48,777 bases of DNA from an uncultured bacterium (lineage in GTDB: Bacteria > Patescibacteriota > Minisyncoccia > Minisyncoccales > JAQTVQ01). Numbering within the stretch: position 1 is the first letter of the stretch; each line of letters opens with the position of its first letter. The stretch covers positions 1 through 48,777 of the forward strand of contig CAIMDX010000020.1 in assembly GCA_903839905.1 (NCBI GenBank), read 5' to 3'. This document shows, piece by piece, positions 1-9,344 of this stretch. A program made the position numbers and the translations under genes. The notes below the pieces were generated by a model, which saw nothing but the letters and a program-made list of their open reading frames with translations, was not told the origin of the DNA and did no database searches.

Positions 1-193
1 CCGTCCCGTTATGGCCACTTCGGTACCTCTCCTTTTTTTAACGGAACAGATAGCCAGCCTTATCAAGTAAACAATCAATGCTTTAAAGCTCTGCTATTTT
101 TCCCAAACAAAAAACTTTGTTTTTAGTTTTTAAATATGGTTTAAAATACCATTTTCCAGCCCAAAAAGCAATAAAATCCTATAAAAAATCAAA

Positions 194-274
194 GATGGTC
201 AAGGCCCCTCCTTCGCTCTATGAGCTACGGCGCCTGCCTGCCGGTAGGCAGGGGCAAAGCGGGCCTTGACCATC
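194..274. repeat. Composite palindromic intergenic element
   Basis: A 14-bp outer inverted repeat, GATGGTCAAGGCCC (194-207) / GGGCCTTGACCATC (261-274), encloses two things. One is a reverse-oriented copy of the CGCCGTAGCTC...GAGCGAAGGAGGGG motif (205-259). The other is the 20-mer CCTGCCTGCCGGTAGGCAGG (233-252). Confidence 0.8.
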
Positions 275-290
275 TTATAACGCCAAATGG

Positions 291-1265
291 CTATAAAACG
301 GGAAAGTCGTTATCGTAGGTAATTTGTTTTGGAAGGACAGAGGGAAAATTTTGCCCTAAAAAATGGACCGCAAGATCGGCAAGCCGGCCCTTGGCAATTC
401 TAAAGGCAAAAAATTGGCTTGTCTTTTTATGATAGGCTTCAAAATCAGGGAAAGTCTCCAAAAGGATTTGGGCGGCTTTCAGCCCCCAGATCAAGCCGCC
501 GCCGGACCAAGGTTTGACTAAACCGGCTGCGTCCCCGCACAAAGTGATATTTTTATTTTCCGGCAAAACCATTTCTTGAGGCACAATTGCTGACTTCAAG
601 CCAATGGGTTGGCCGAGCTGGTCCATAATAAAATCAATTTTTTTCTTGGCTAAAAATTTTCTGAATTCCGGCAAAGCTTTTTGGCGGTTTGCCAATATTC
701 CCCACTCCACTTCCCTGCCTCGGGCAATACGCCAAATAAATCCTGATTCAATCGGCCAAGTTTCAGCCAAATTATAATCATCTTCCTGTCTTTCAAAAAG
801 CTGTAAGCCTAATCTAAATCTTGGCGTCGGTAATTTTAGCGCTTGGCGGATATGAGATAGCCCCCCATCGCAGCCGATGACTTTATCAAAATCCTGCAGG
901 ATCCCCTTAATCTCTTTTTCAAAAAAAACTTCCGCGCCAGCAGTCTTGGCCAACTCTAAAAGTTTTACCACTAATTGGGGCCGCGACAAAACCAGATGGA
1001 TCGGCTGGAAATTAAGCCGCACCGTTTTCTGCGGAAAATTTATCAAACAGCCGATAATTTTATTCTCAATAAAACTATCGTCTATCGGGATAAAGTCTTT
1101 GATCCTTTCGGAAACCAAAGTTGAACAAGGCTTATCGCCAAAATCTTTTTCCGGCCTCTTTTCATAAACGGAAACTTTATGACCTTTAAGGCTTAACTGC
1201 CAGGCCAAATACAGCCCGATCACTCCAGCGCCAACGATCGCCACTTTTTGAGGATTGTTTGCCAT
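291..1265 (-). CDS. FAD-dependent oxidoreductase, geranylgeranyl-reductase-like
   Basis: 324-aa ORF. N-terminal Rossmann motif VAIVGAGVIGLYLA...YEKR. C-terminal GDAAG..P.SGGG motif typical of GGR/FixC-type flavoproteins. Confidence 0.6.
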   Translation of the reverse strand: MANNPQKVAIVGAGVIGLYLAWQLSLKGHKVSVYEKRPEKDFGDKPCSTLVSERIKDFIPIDDSFIENKIIGCLINFPQKTVRLNFQPIHLVLSRPQLVVKLLELAKTAGAEVFFEKEIKGILQDFDKVIGCDGGLSHIRQALKLPTPRFRLGLQLFERQEDDYNLAETWPIESGFIWRIARGREVEWGILANRQKALPEFRKFLAKKKIDFIMDQLGQPIGLKSAIVPQEMVLPENKNITLCGDAAGLVKPWSGGGLIWGLKAAQILLETFPDFEAYHKKTSQFFAFRIAKGRLADLAVHFLGQNFPSVLPKQITYDNDFPVL

Positions 1266-1279
1266 ATTAAAATATAAAA

Positions 1280-1696
1280 TCAGCTCTCACTACGCGCCCG
1301 GTTAATAATACCTGAATGATATTTTTCCGGGCCGAAAGGCTCCATCCTTAAAATTTCTGTTTTCAAACCAAGTTTATTAAGTTCATCCTGCAAACCGTCA
1401 ATGTAAGTCCTTTGATCATAGCCTAAACAAATAATATCAGGACTGACCTGTCTAACTATAAGATAAGGGTTGCCTTCTTTGCCGAGGATAGCCTCGTCAA
1501 CCAAGCCGGTCTTCAGTATTTCTGCCAGCCGCTCATTCTCGTTTTTGATCGGTGAATGATCTTTTACTTTCTTGACCGTAGAATCCCTGGCAATCACAAC
1601 CGCAAGATGATCCCCTCTTTTTTTAGCTTGCTCCAAAAAACTTATGTGCCCGAGATGGACGCCATCAAAAGTCCCAAACACTAAAACTTTCTTCAT
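1280..1696 (-). CDS. RibL-type (archaeal-type) FAD synthase / cytidylyltransferase-family nucleotidyltransferase
   Basis: 138 aa. Contains GTFDGVHLGH (the HxGH nucleotidyltransferase motif), VVIARDSTVKKVK, VDEAILG and DIICLGYDQ. This layout matches archaeal RibL rather than bacterial RibF. Confidence 0.6.
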   Translation of the reverse strand: MKKVLVFGTFDGVHLGHISFLEQAKKRGDHLAVVIARDSTVKKVKDHSPIKNENERLAEILKTGLVDEAILGKEGNPYLIVRQVSPDIICLGYDQRTYIDGLQDELNKLGLKTEILRMEPFGPEKYHSGIINRARSES

Positions 1697-1705
1697 ATTA
1701 AGATA

Positions 1706-2710
1706 TTAATTGATAAAATTTCTCAATACAAGGAACAAGATCGCGCCGATGGCTGCCGAGCCTGGAATGGTCAGAACCCAAGTCAAAAATATTTCGTTGA
1801 CTTTTTTCCATTGGACTTGGGCTTTGCGTTCGGTGGATCCCACGCCCATCACGCCCGCGGTTACCACTTGGGTGGTGCTTAAAGGAATACCTCCCAAGCT
1901 TTGAAAATAAATAAGCACGGCTGAAGAAAATTCTGTGGCAAAGCCGTGAATCGGTTTGAGATCGTAAATTTTCTGGCCCACGGTTTTAATAACGCGATGG
2001 CCGCCCCAAACAGTGCCCAAAGCCATAAAAGTCCCGGAACCGGCAATAACCCAAAGAGGAACATTAAAGTCAGCCAAATACCCTCCGGAAACTAAAGCGA
2101 TGGTAATAATGCCCATCGCATTCTGCGTGTCGTTCATGCCGTGGGTAAAAGAAACCGCCAACGATGTGAGAATTTGGCCTCTTCTAAAAAAATTATTCAG
2201 TTTAAACGCAGGCACCTTATAAAAAAACAATTTAAGAACCCAGACAAGAAAAACGAAAAATAATCCGGCGGCGAAAAAACTTATCAAAGGCGAGCCGAAA
2301 ATTCCTTGGACAATTTTGATAAGGCCGTGAATTTCCAAAACGCCAAATCCGCCGCTGGCCACTCCAGCGCCGATCAATCCTCCGATAAGAGCGTGGGTGA
2401 CCGAGATCGGAAGGCCGAACTGGGTAGAAGCAACGGTCCAAATTATCGCGCCCAACAGTCCGGAAATAATAATGCCTGTTGTAATTGCCGCCGGGTCCAC
2501 AATCCCCTTGCCGATGGTTTTCGCCACTTCGGTGGAAACAAAAGCTCCAAAAAAATTAAAAAATCCAGTCATTAAAATAGCTTTGCGAAAAGACATCGCC
2601 CTGGTGGAAACAACTGTGGCAATGGAATTGGCGCAATCGTTCGCCCCGTTCCAAAAGTCATAGATCCAAGCCAATAAGACAATGATAACGATAAAAATAA
2701 AAGGTTCCAT
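1706..2710 (-). CDS. pit: Inorganic phosphate transporter, PiT family
   Basis: 334 aa, polytopic membrane protein. Duplicated GANDxxN signature (GANDCANSIAT near the N-terminus, HGMNDTQNAMG internally). Confidence 0.85.
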   Translation of the reverse strand: MEPFIFIVIIVLLAWIYDFWNGANDCANSIATVVSTRAMSFRKAILMTGFFNFFGAFVSTEVAKTIGKGIVDPAAITTGIIISGLLGAIIWTVASTQFGLPISVTHALIGGLIGAGVASGGFGVLEIHGLIKIVQGIFGSPLISFFAAGLFFVFLVWVLKLFFYKVPAFKLNNFFRRGQILTSLAVSFTHGMNDTQNAMGIITIALVSGGYLADFNVPLWVIAGSGTFMALGTVWGGHRVIKTVGQKIYDLKPIHGFATEFSSAVLIYFQSLGGIPLSTTQVVTAGVMGVGSTERKAQVQWKKVNEIFLTWVLTIPGSAAIGAILFLVLRNFIN

Positions 2711-2722
2711 TGTAATTTTTGG

Positions 2723-3367
2723 TTAGCGGTTTTTGATCAGGATAAGCTCAAAAATATTGCCCACATCCTCGCAGAAATCAATCGCGTTTTCCAAGGTCTC
2801 ATAAATTTCTTTAAGCTTGATCACCTCCAATATTTTTTGGGGAGAAGGATTATCGTTAATGGTCATTATGCTTTTTAAAGCCCGGCGGTTAACTTCATCG
2901 CCTTCATTCTCCAGCCTGTTTATTTTCTGGCATCTCTTGTACAGCAATTCATGAAATTTTTGCACATTCTTTATTTCTTTAACGGCAAAGCTAATCTCTT
3001 CAATGGCTCTTTTTATTATGCCGATATATTCCGGTATCGCCTGCGGATAGGGAGCGGATATTTGATAAATCAAAATCCTATTCGTGGCTTTTTCAAGGCA
3101 ATCCATAATATTATCCATATCCTGCCTTAAAAGCTCTATGTCCTCCCCTGCCAAAGGAGTGATAAGGCTGTTGCGGAGATTGTCCAAAATTTTATAGCAG
3201 AGCTCGTCGGCTTCTTCTTCAATTTTTTTCATACTAACGGCATACTCCTTGATATTTTCGGGATTGGCCAAAAGCTGGTCAAGAATTTTTGAAGCCTCTT
3301 TCAATTTAATTGCCTGCTGTTCAAAAAGATTATAGAAAACTTCGTCTTTGGGAAATAAACTGATCAT
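2723..3367 (-). CDS. DUF47 / PhoU-like phosphate transport regulator (Pit accessory protein)
   Basis: 214 aa, all-helical and acidic. Sits immediately upstream of the PiT gene, the usual DUF47-PiT pairing. Confidence 0.75.
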   Translation of the reverse strand: MISLFPKDEVFYNLFEQQAIKLKEASKILDQLLANPENIKEYAVSMKKIEEEADELCYKILDNLRNSLITPLAGEDIELLRQDMDNIMDCLEKATNRILIYQISAPYPQAIPEYIGIIKRAIEEISFAVKEIKNVQKFHELLYKRCQKINRLENEGDEVNRRALKSIMTINDNPSPQKILEVIKLKEIYETLENAIDFCEDVGNIFELILIKNR

Positions 3368-3460
3368 ATTTTTTAATTGTTAATTTTACAAAAATTACAA
3401 ACAAAAAAATGGCATTGAGCCATTTTTTAAAATAATGATCTATGAAAAAGCATTTTTAAT
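3366..3460. repeat. About 95-bp direct repeat, copy 1 (terminator hairpin plus promoter-like module)
   Basis: About 92% identical by eye to 6037-6130. Contains the hairpin AAAATGGC-ATTGA-GCCATTTT with A/T runs on both sides. Ends at the start codon of the DUF47 gene. Confidence 0.85.
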
Positions 3461-3495
3461 AAAATTTTTCAATTGTATTTCCGATATCAGCATGC

Positions 3496-4545
3496 TTAAA
3501 TCTTCTTTTTTAGGATCAATTTCCGGTAAATTTCTTCGTATCCTTCGGTCATCTTTTCCGATGTAAAAAATCTCTCCACTCTTTTTCTGCAATCTGCCCT
3601 GCTTATATTGCTTATCCCTCTCACCGCGCTTAAAAGCTGCGCTTCATTATCCGCCACAAAGCCTGTCTCGCCGTTCTTTATTATTTCAGGAGCCGATCCT
3701 AATTTGTTGGTTATAACAGGAGTGCCGCAAGCCATAGCTTCTATAAAAAACAAACCGAAGGGCTCCCTCCATTGTATGGGCGCCAAAAGAGCCCGCGCAT
3801 TCCGCAATAATTTCACTTTATCGTTATGCCCCACTTCTCCGATAAAACTTATCTGCTTCCCGTCTATCAAAGGCTTCACTTCCTTCGTAAAATAACTATT
3901 ATCCACTGCATCAACCTTGGCCGCCATCACCAGTTTTATACCGGCTTTTTTGGCCAGTTTTATCGCCTGGACCGGACCTTTCTCCGGCGACATCCTTCCT
4001 AAAAAAGCAAAGTAATCCCCGCCCTTATCGGAATATTTGAATTTCTTTATATCTATTCCGTTATAAACCGTACCGGCATAATTCAACTTTTTTAGAGGAA
4101 CTCGCTGGCTATTTGATATTGAAACATAGTTAGAAGATGCATAAGCGCCATAGACCAGCTTCTGATAGTCGGGATCCAGTGGACCATGAAGAGTTGTTAC
4201 GCAGGGAGCTCCAAAAAAAGCCGCGAAAGGAAGAAGCCTCCAGCCTATATGGTTATGAATAATATCCGCGCCTGTATTTTTTAACAGCTCAAGCACCTTC
4301 CCGATGCCCATATACTTCAACGCATCCCTTGCCCTCATATCCTGCGTGCTCGGATATCTTCTTAGCGATTTGGGGAATACTGGAAGCAATTTTGCATCGC
4401 TTCGGGAATCGCCCGAGGCTATAAGATGCACTTCGTGCCCTTTGCGGACCAGCTCTTGAGTCAAATTATAAACTACCAATTCCGTTCCCCCGTATTTTTT
4501 TGGAGGCACCGATTCTTCAAACGGAGAGATTTGTATGATCTTCAT
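3496..4545 (-). CDS. Glycosyltransferase family 4
   Basis: 349 aa. GT-B fold hallmarks: N-terminal GG.E and C-terminal EPFGL..IEAMACGTPVI (EX7E region). Confidence 0.8.
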   Translation of the reverse strand: MKIIQISPFEESVPPKKYGGTELVVYNLTQELVRKGHEVHLIASGDSRSDAKLLPVFPKSLRRYPSTQDMRARDALKYMGIGKVLELLKNTGADIIHNHIGWRLLPFAAFFGAPCVTTLHGPLDPDYQKLVYGAYASSNYVSISNSQRVPLKKLNYAGTVYNGIDIKKFKYSDKGGDYFAFLGRMSPEKGPVQAIKLAKKAGIKLVMAAKVDAVDNSYFTKEVKPLIDGKQISFIGEVGHNDKVKLLRNARALLAPIQWREPFGLFFIEAMACGTPVITNKLGSAPEIIKNGETGFVADNEAQLLSAVRGISNISRADCRKRVERFFTSEKMTEGYEEIYRKLILKKKI

Positions 4546-4546
4546 T

Positions 4547-5827
4547 TTATTTTGATTCGCCGGTTATTAACGAATTATAAATTACGGCTATTTTTTCCGT
4601 AACATTCTGCCAAGAATAATTTTTTGAAATTTCTTCAAACGCATTTTGGACAAGCACTGAAGCCAAGCTTTCAGATTTGTACAGCTCCATTATTTTTTCC
4701 TGCAAAGACAAAGCGTTGCGCGGCTCAAAAAGCAGTCCTGTTTTTCCGTCTTTAATGGTAATTGCAAGACCGCCGACACTTGAAGCGATTACCGGCACTT
4801 TGCTGGCCATACCTTCCAAAACGACAAGCCCGAAAGGTTCATAATAAGAAGGAACAACAAAAACATCCGCCGACCGGTAATAAGCGGGAAGGCGGCCGTG
4901 GTCCATACTGCCGGCAAAACTTAAAATGTCCCCCACTCCCTCCTCTTCCGCTTTCTTTTGCAGCCTTTTATATTCTTTAAAGTCTGCGGCATTGATGTCC
5001 CGCCCGAAAATTTTCCCGCCGACTATTAAAATTTTCAAGCCGGTGATTTTTTCACGCAACAAACGGGCCGCGCTGATTATTGTTCCTATTCCTTTTCGCC
5101 ACTCAAGCCGTCCCACAAAAAGGATAACAAACGATTTTTTATCCAAGCCCAAAGTATCGCGCGCCTTCTCTTTTTCAATCAAGGGCCAATGTTTTACATC
5201 CACTCCGCCCCGGATCACTTGCACTTTCTCTTCCGGACAGCCGTAAAACTGGATCAAGCTTTGTTTTTCCGACTCGGCCAAGCTGATAATAACGGAAGAA
5301 TTTTTAATGATCTCTTTTTCCATTTCTGTCCTGCTTTCAACATAAGAGTTATCTACGCTTCCGTTATCCAAAAATCTTTTTTTTGTTTCCACCCTTACAA
5401 TTCCTATTGAATGAAAGTTTTGGACAAAAGGCTTTTGGAATTTTTTAAAAGCTTCAAGGGCTACCGCTCCCCCGTCCCAGTAATGTCCATGGAATAGAAT
5501 ATAAGGATTTTCAAAATTGATAAAATGGAGAAAATTATCAAAAATCTCCGGCAAAAAAGAAAAGAGTTCTTTTTTCGGCACATAGCCAACAGGCCCTCCC
5601 TTCAGCCTGATCACTCGGCTGTTTTTGGAAATACGCGCGATCTGATTCTTGCGGGGATTATCCAGGCGAGTAAAAATATCCACTTCCCAGCCTAGCCTGC
5701 CCAGCTCTTCAGCCAGATACCTGACATAAATATTCTGGCCCCCGCTTTCCTGGCTGCCCAGCGATGCAAGAGGATCGGAATGAATACTAAACATCGCAAT
5801 TCTTTTATGATTCTCTTTTTGTTCCAT
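4547..5827 (-). CDS. Glycosyltransferase family 4, sucrose-phosphate-synthase/MshA-like
   Basis: 426 aa. HSDPLASLGSQESGGQNIYV near the N-terminus and EPFGLVVLEGMASKVPVIAS near the C-terminus. Its stop lies 1 nt from the start codon of the downstream GT4 gene. Confidence 0.8.
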   Translation of the reverse strand: MEQKENHKRIAMFSIHSDPLASLGSQESGGQNIYVRYLAEELGRLGWEVDIFTRLDNPRKNQIARISKNSRVIRLKGGPVGYVPKKELFSFLPEIFDNFLHFINFENPYILFHGHYWDGGAVALEAFKKFQKPFVQNFHSIGIVRVETKKRFLDNGSVDNSYVESRTEMEKEIIKNSSVIISLAESEKQSLIQFYGCPEEKVQVIRGGVDVKHWPLIEKEKARDTLGLDKKSFVILFVGRLEWRKGIGTIISAARLLREKITGLKILIVGGKIFGRDINAADFKEYKRLQKKAEEEGVGDILSFAGSMDHGRLPAYYRSADVFVVPSYYEPFGLVVLEGMASKVPVIASSVGGLAITIKDGKTGLLFEPRNALSLQEKIMELYKSESLASVLVQNAFEEISKNYSWQNVTEKIAVIYNSLITGESK

Positions 5828-5985
5828 AAAAAAACGCCAAAAGGCGGCACTTTATATTTATCAATTTACGCGAGTTAGAAACACAAAAACGAATGAGCAA
5901 ATCTTTAAACCGTTATCAACTTTTGAATATTCCATTAAATTATGTTGCATAAACCGGCACTATGCCAGTTCGCGGACTTTCTTAT

Positions 5986-6013
5986 ATTTTACAGCGGCTG
6001 GATGGACTGTCAA
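5986..6013 (-). promoter_or_regulatory. Sigma70-like promoter for the GT4 operon
   Basis: The minus strand reads TTGACA - 16 nt - TAAAAT, with TG just upstream of the -10. It lies about 160 nt upstream of the ATG at 5827. Confidence 0.45.
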
Positions 6014-6036
6014 CGGACTGATCCTATCAATACGGG

Positions 6037-6130
6037 ATATTTTTAATTATTAATTTTACAAAAATTACAAACAAAAAATGGCATTGAGCCATTTTTGAAA
6101 ATAACAATCTATGAAAAAGCTTTTTTAATT
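6037..6130. repeat. About 95-bp direct repeat, copy 2
   Basis: Near-identical to 3366-3460. Together the two copies bracket the two-gene GT4 operon. Confidence 0.85.
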
Positions 6131-6216
6131 GAATTCATAGGAAACTCAACATAAATACCTGCCTTTCTATCCGCCCATATTAATAATTGCTTTGTTAATA
6201 CCAGCATATTAAATTG

Positions 6217-6288
6217 TGGACCCGATCGGAGTCGAACCGACAACCTTCCCCATGCCATGGGGACGCTCTACCATTGAGCCACGGGCCC
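6217..6288 (-). tRNA. tRNA-Ala (anticodon GGC)
   Basis: 72-nt cloverleaf read by hand. Acceptor GGGCCCG/CGGGTCC with G3:U70, anticodon loop AUGGCAU, T-loop TTCGACT. No CCA encoded. Confidence 0.9.
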
Positions 6289-6373
6289 GAAACTTCAATA
6301 TGCCCAATAGTTTAACAGAATTTTTTGATTTTGGCCAGTCCTTAAAACGGTTCACCGTCTATATATTTAAGGA

Positions 6374-7777
6374 TTAAAAAGTTCTTATCGCTCCCCTGGC
6401 GGCGAGCAGGCCGGTGGCGGAAGCTTTGACGATATCGCGGCTTAAACCTGCACCGTCGCCGGCGGCGAAAAGATTTTTGATGTTCGTTTCCATATTATTA
6501 TCCACGCCGATCTTCATCGCATAATATTTTATCTCCGGCGCATATAAAAATGTGGAGTCGGTGGCTACTCCAGGGATCACTTCGTTAAGCTTGTCCAGCC
6601 CTTCCATAATATCCGTGAGAATACGGTGCGGAAGAGCCATGGCAATATTACCCGGCGTTACATCGGTGAGTGTTGGATGAAAAGTGCTCTTTTTCAATCG
6701 CCAGTCATTGGACCTGCGGCCGCGGCGCAAGTCGCCCAGCCGCTGGATTATCGGCTTGCCCTGGCCGAGAATCGTTGCCAATCGTGCGATAGATTCGGCG
6801 TAAAGCGTGGTATTTTCCAAGGGTTCGGTCAGTCTTGTTTTTACCACAAATGCAAAATTAGTATTCTCGGATTTTTTATCGGTGAACGAATGCCCGTTAA
6901 CCCCTATAACGCTGCCGTAATTTTCTTTGACGACAAAGCCTTCGTGATTGGTGCAAAAAGTGCGGACAAAATCTTCATATTTGGATGTCCAAATATGGAA
7001 TTTGGGATCGCGATTTACATCTATCACTGATTGCATTATGATTGCCGGAACTTCCACCCGCACGCCAATGTCTATCGGGGCATGGATGGCGGCAATATTA
7101 TGCTTTCTGGCCATCTCGCCCACCCAAACAGCGCCTACGCGCCCGGGGGCAAAAATAATTTTCTTCGCACGGATGATCTTATTATTTTCCAAAACGATTC
7201 CGCGGCATTCCCCTTCTTCTATCAGCAAATCTTTGACTCCTTCGTCAGTGCAAATCTCTATTCCTTTCTCGCGCAGATGATCGGCAAACTTTTGGATAAG
7301 CCTTGGCGTATTTTCACTGCCCAAATGGCGCTGACGGATGCGCACAAATTTAATGCCGGCGGACATAGCCCGCAAAGACAACTGCGCAATCTTTTCATCA
7401 TCCATCCCGTGCACGCGCTCGGGCGCACCGAATCGCAAAAATATTTGATCTATATAATCAACTATTTTATTGGATTCAACATCATCATTGGTAAAATCAG
7501 AAAGATTCCCTCCGACCACATCGTGGCGGAGATTCAATATCCCGTCGGAAAAAATACCGGAGCCGCCCACTCCGCACATAATATTGCAAGGAGCGCAATT
7601 CAAGCACTTGCTATCATTAACGCTCACCGGACACTTTCGCTGCATCGCATCGGGCCCTTTATCAATGATCATGATCTTCAACGGTTTTGACTGCTGCAAT
7701 AATTCATAAGCAGCGAACAATCCGGCCGGGCCGGCGCCGATGATGGCAAAATCGTATTGGGTCTGTTGCGGTTCCAT
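6374..7777 (-). CDS. FAD-dependent dehydrogenase (COG2509-like)
   Basis: 467 aa. N-terminal DFAIIGAGPAGLFAA dinucleotide-binding motif and C-terminal FAAGDGAG motif. Confidence 0.7.
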   Translation of the reverse strand: MEPQQTQYDFAIIGAGPAGLFAAYELLQQSKPLKIMIIDKGPDAMQRKCPVSVNDSKCLNCAPCNIMCGVGGSGIFSDGILNLRHDVVGGNLSDFTNDDVESNKIVDYIDQIFLRFGAPERVHGMDDEKIAQLSLRAMSAGIKFVRIRQRHLGSENTPRLIQKFADHLREKGIEICTDEGVKDLLIEEGECRGIVLENNKIIRAKKIIFAPGRVGAVWVGEMARKHNIAAIHAPIDIGVRVEVPAIIMQSVIDVNRDPKFHIWTSKYEDFVRTFCTNHEGFVVKENYGSVIGVNGHSFTDKKSENTNFAFVVKTRLTEPLENTTLYAESIARLATILGQGKPIIQRLGDLRRGRRSNDWRLKKSTFHPTLTDVTPGNIAMALPHRILTDIMEGLDKLNEVIPGVATDSTFLYAPEIKYYAMKIGVDNNMETNIKNLFAAGDGAGLSRDIVKASATGLLAARGAIRTF

Positions 7778-8007
7778 AGTTTGAAATTTTGCTTACCTGT
7801 TTTTTATAAAATGTTTTTAGTTTTCAACCAAAAAAAATTGGCTGATTAAGCCAATTTTGGAAAACAAAATATCCGTAAAAGTATTGCCGCTGGAAGATAA
7901 TAAAATTCTTTCATTTTTATGCCCTGCTAATAAAAATTATTAAAAAAGAAACCTCTGCCATTTTTCTCATTACTCATTTCTCGCTGCTCATCACTCATCT
8001 GCTAGCT

Positions 8008-8083
8008 TGGTGCCCTTACCCGGAGTCGAACCAGGATCAATGGCTTAGGACGCCACTGCTCTATCCAGTTGAGCTATAAGGGC
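8008..8083 (-). tRNA. tRNA-Arg (anticodon CCU)
   Basis: 76-nt cloverleaf. Acceptor GCCCTTA/TAAGGGC, D-arm GCTC-AACTGGATA-GAGC, anticodon loop GUCCUAA, T-loop TTCGACT. CCA is encoded. Confidence 0.88.
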
Positions 8084-8217
8084 AGGAGCCTTCTCCAACA
8101 ACCAGTATTTTATCAATTTTTATGCTTGTTGGCAATAGAATTAGATGTTAAAATAATCCATAAGATAATTCCAAATAAGCATTAAAGCGAACTCTTTTTG
8201 AGCGGCAAATTCAATTT

Positions 8218-9249
8218 ATGTCAAAATCTCTTGTCAGCAAACTGGCTAAAAAAATCTGTCCGGCTGTTATCACTATAGTAGCTTCTAAAGATCTTCCAAA
8301 AATAGAAGGCTTTTATTATATGCCCTACGGCGGAGAAAATATCATGATGCCCAAGCTGGAAAATGAGGGATCAAAAGAGCGCACCAAAATCGGCGGCGGC
8401 TCCGGCTTTCTTGTTTCAGCCGACGGCTATATCTTAACCAGCAATCATGTCGTTTCCGACAAAGAAGCTGATTATACCGTTCTTCTGGATCCGGACAGAT
8501 CGTGCCCGGCCGAAGTTTTGGCGCATGATCCGACCAATGATATCGCTGTTTTGAAAATAGACTATGGCAAGCTCCCCTATCTGGATATGGGCGATTCCAG
8601 CAAAGTTGAAGTGGGCGAAACCGTGATCGCCGCCGGCAATGCTTTGGGAGAATTTCATGACACCATTTCTTTAGGAATAGTTTCCGGCCTAAGCCGCTTC
8701 TTGACCGCTTTCGGCGGAGGTATGAACCCGCAAATAGAAAATCTGCGCGGATTGATCCAAACCGACGCGGCCATCAACCCGGGCAATTCTGGAGGGCCGC
8801 TGGTTGATATGAAAGGCAAAGTCATCGGCATCAATACCGCTGTTGTGGCCGGAGCGCAAAATCTGGGTTTCGCCATTCCGATCAACTACGCCAAAAAAGA
8901 TTTGGCTGAGGTTAAAAAATTCGGCAAGATTAAACGGCCGTATTTGGGAGTGAAATATATTTTATTAAACAAAGAAATCGCGCAGAAAAATAAACTACCG
9001 GTTGACTACGGCGCCTTGATTGCCCGCGAAGCCTTGGGAGTCGGACCGGTAATGAAAGATTCATCTGCTGACAGATGCGGTTTAAAAGAATACGATATTA
9101 TCCTGGAATGCGAAGGCGAACAAATCTCCGATAAAAATTCTTTGGCCAGCCTTTTGCAAAAACACCAGATCGGCCAAACAATCAAACTTAAAGTTTTACG
9201 CGATGGCCAAACAATAGAAATCAGCCCCACGCTGGACGAAGGGAGATAA
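8218..9249 (+). CDS. htrA: HtrA/DegP-family serine protease (trypsin-like domain plus PDZ)
   Basis: 343 aa. Catalytic-triad contexts TSNHVV, NDIAVLK and GNSGGPLVD, followed by a C-terminal PDZ-like region. Confidence 0.9.
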   Translation: MSKSLVSKLAKKICPAVITIVASKDLPKIEGFYYMPYGGENIMMPKLENEGSKERTKIGGGSGFLVSADGYILTSNHVVSDKEADYTVLLDPDRSCPAEVLAHDPTNDIAVLKIDYGKLPYLDMGDSSKVEVGETVIAAGNALGEFHDTISLGIVSGLSRFLTAFGGGMNPQIENLRGLIQTDAAINPGNSGGPLVDMKGKVIGINTAVVAGAQNLGFAIPINYAKKDLAEVKKFGKIKRPYLGVKYILLNKEIAQKNKLPVDYGALIAREALGVGPVMKDSSADRCGLKEYDIILECEGEQISDKNSLASLLQKHQIGQTIKLKVLRDGQTIEISPTLDEGR

Positions 9250-9273
9250 ACGAAACACTAAATATTTAAAATC

Positions 9274-9297
9274 AAAAACCGCCATCAGGCGGTTTTT
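9274..9297. terminator. Bidirectional rho-independent terminator
   Basis: AAAAA-CCGCC-ATCA-GGCGG-TTTTT, between the convergent htrA and GlsB-like genes. Confidence 0.75.
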
Positions 9298-9344
9298 GCA
9301 ATAGAGCCCATTGCTCATTTATTCATTCACAACTATTTAATTTT

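Noticed and set aside
5828-5860. Attenuator/riboswitch terminator immediately upstream of the GT operon ATG (GCCGCC-TTTT-GGCG + T7)
   Set aside because: The stem is only 4-5 bp, and I could not recognise any known riboswitch aptamer in the ~160-nt leader. This is too weak to call.
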